This document shows positions 63,457-64,000 of a stretch of 64,000 nt of DNA, in pieces. The notes under the pieces were generated by a model. It worked only from the letters and a program-made list of their open reading frames with translations, had not been told where the DNA came from and did no database searches. The position numbers and the translations under genes were made by a program. The stretch's first letter is position 1; every line of letters starts with the position of its first letter. The DNA is taken from contig OZ024741.1 in the NCBI GenBank assembly GCA_964016885.1, forward strand, positions 395,126,001 to 395,190,000. Reading direction: 5' to 3'. The DNA comes from Eledone cirrhosa. Taxonomy: Eukaryota.

Positions 63457-64000
63457 TGGTTTCTTTATTGGCCACAAGGGCTAACATGAAGAAAAACATT
63501 AGAGACGGCACAGAACAGTACAGGACGATACAAAGTGGGTTTTGGTCGTGTAAACAGGTTATAACAAAATCGAGCTAGAAATAAAAAAAATTCAAACAAC
63601 AAAAATTCCCCCAAAAGGGGGAAACCTCCGAGGGTCACTCGTGGCGAAAACCACACAAAAACACCACGGCCACCCTGACCACCAGGGCAAGCACCCTCTC
63701 TCAGTTTTCCCACTCCTCAGTCTACAGGCACATACTCAGAGCGGTCCCGTTCACTCGGACCAGACTCGCCACTTTCACCCACCTTTCAACAAACTTACTA
63801 GAACACAGCACTTGTCTCTCCACCCTGATTTTCCTCTTCAAGTGAAATTTGAAAAAGTTAATCAGGGATTCGCCGGAGAGGAAAGTGTCCGTTTTCAACC
63901 CTTTCAACCTTGTCCACCTCACAATCTCTTTCGCCATGGCCACCAAGGAGGATGGCGGGGCTATCTGCACAATGGACTCAGTCGATAACTGGATCCGTCC
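63457..64000 (-). mobile_element. Second Tx1-like LINE, 3' end (continues beyond window)
   Basis: AMAKEIVRWTRLKGLK..FLSGESLINFFKFHL..ERW aligns to the C-terminus of the 53447-56581 ORF. Confidence 0.85.

Overview
AT-rich, microsatellite-dense animal DNA, most likely Octopus (inferred from the tRNA-derived SINE family and abundant (TA)n/(CA)n tracts). No host protein-coding gene could be supported. The window is largely nested mobile elements: RTE, CRE, R4/Dong-like and CR1-like LINEs, one near-intact L1/Tx1 LINE, Penelope-like elements (PLEs), a deleted Gypsy provirus, two solo LTRs, Helitrons, a hAT fossil and many SINEs. The most striking structure is a set of about seven short inverted-repeat or palindromic elements, most set in (TA)n tracts, from several unrelated families. 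Most carry type I hammerhead ribozyme (HHR) motifs, some canonical and some with recurring core variants. One family is demonstrably the pseudo-LTR of a Penelope ORF in this same window. Coordinates were read by eye and may be off by a few bases. Superfamily calls rest on recognised protein motifs, not database searches.
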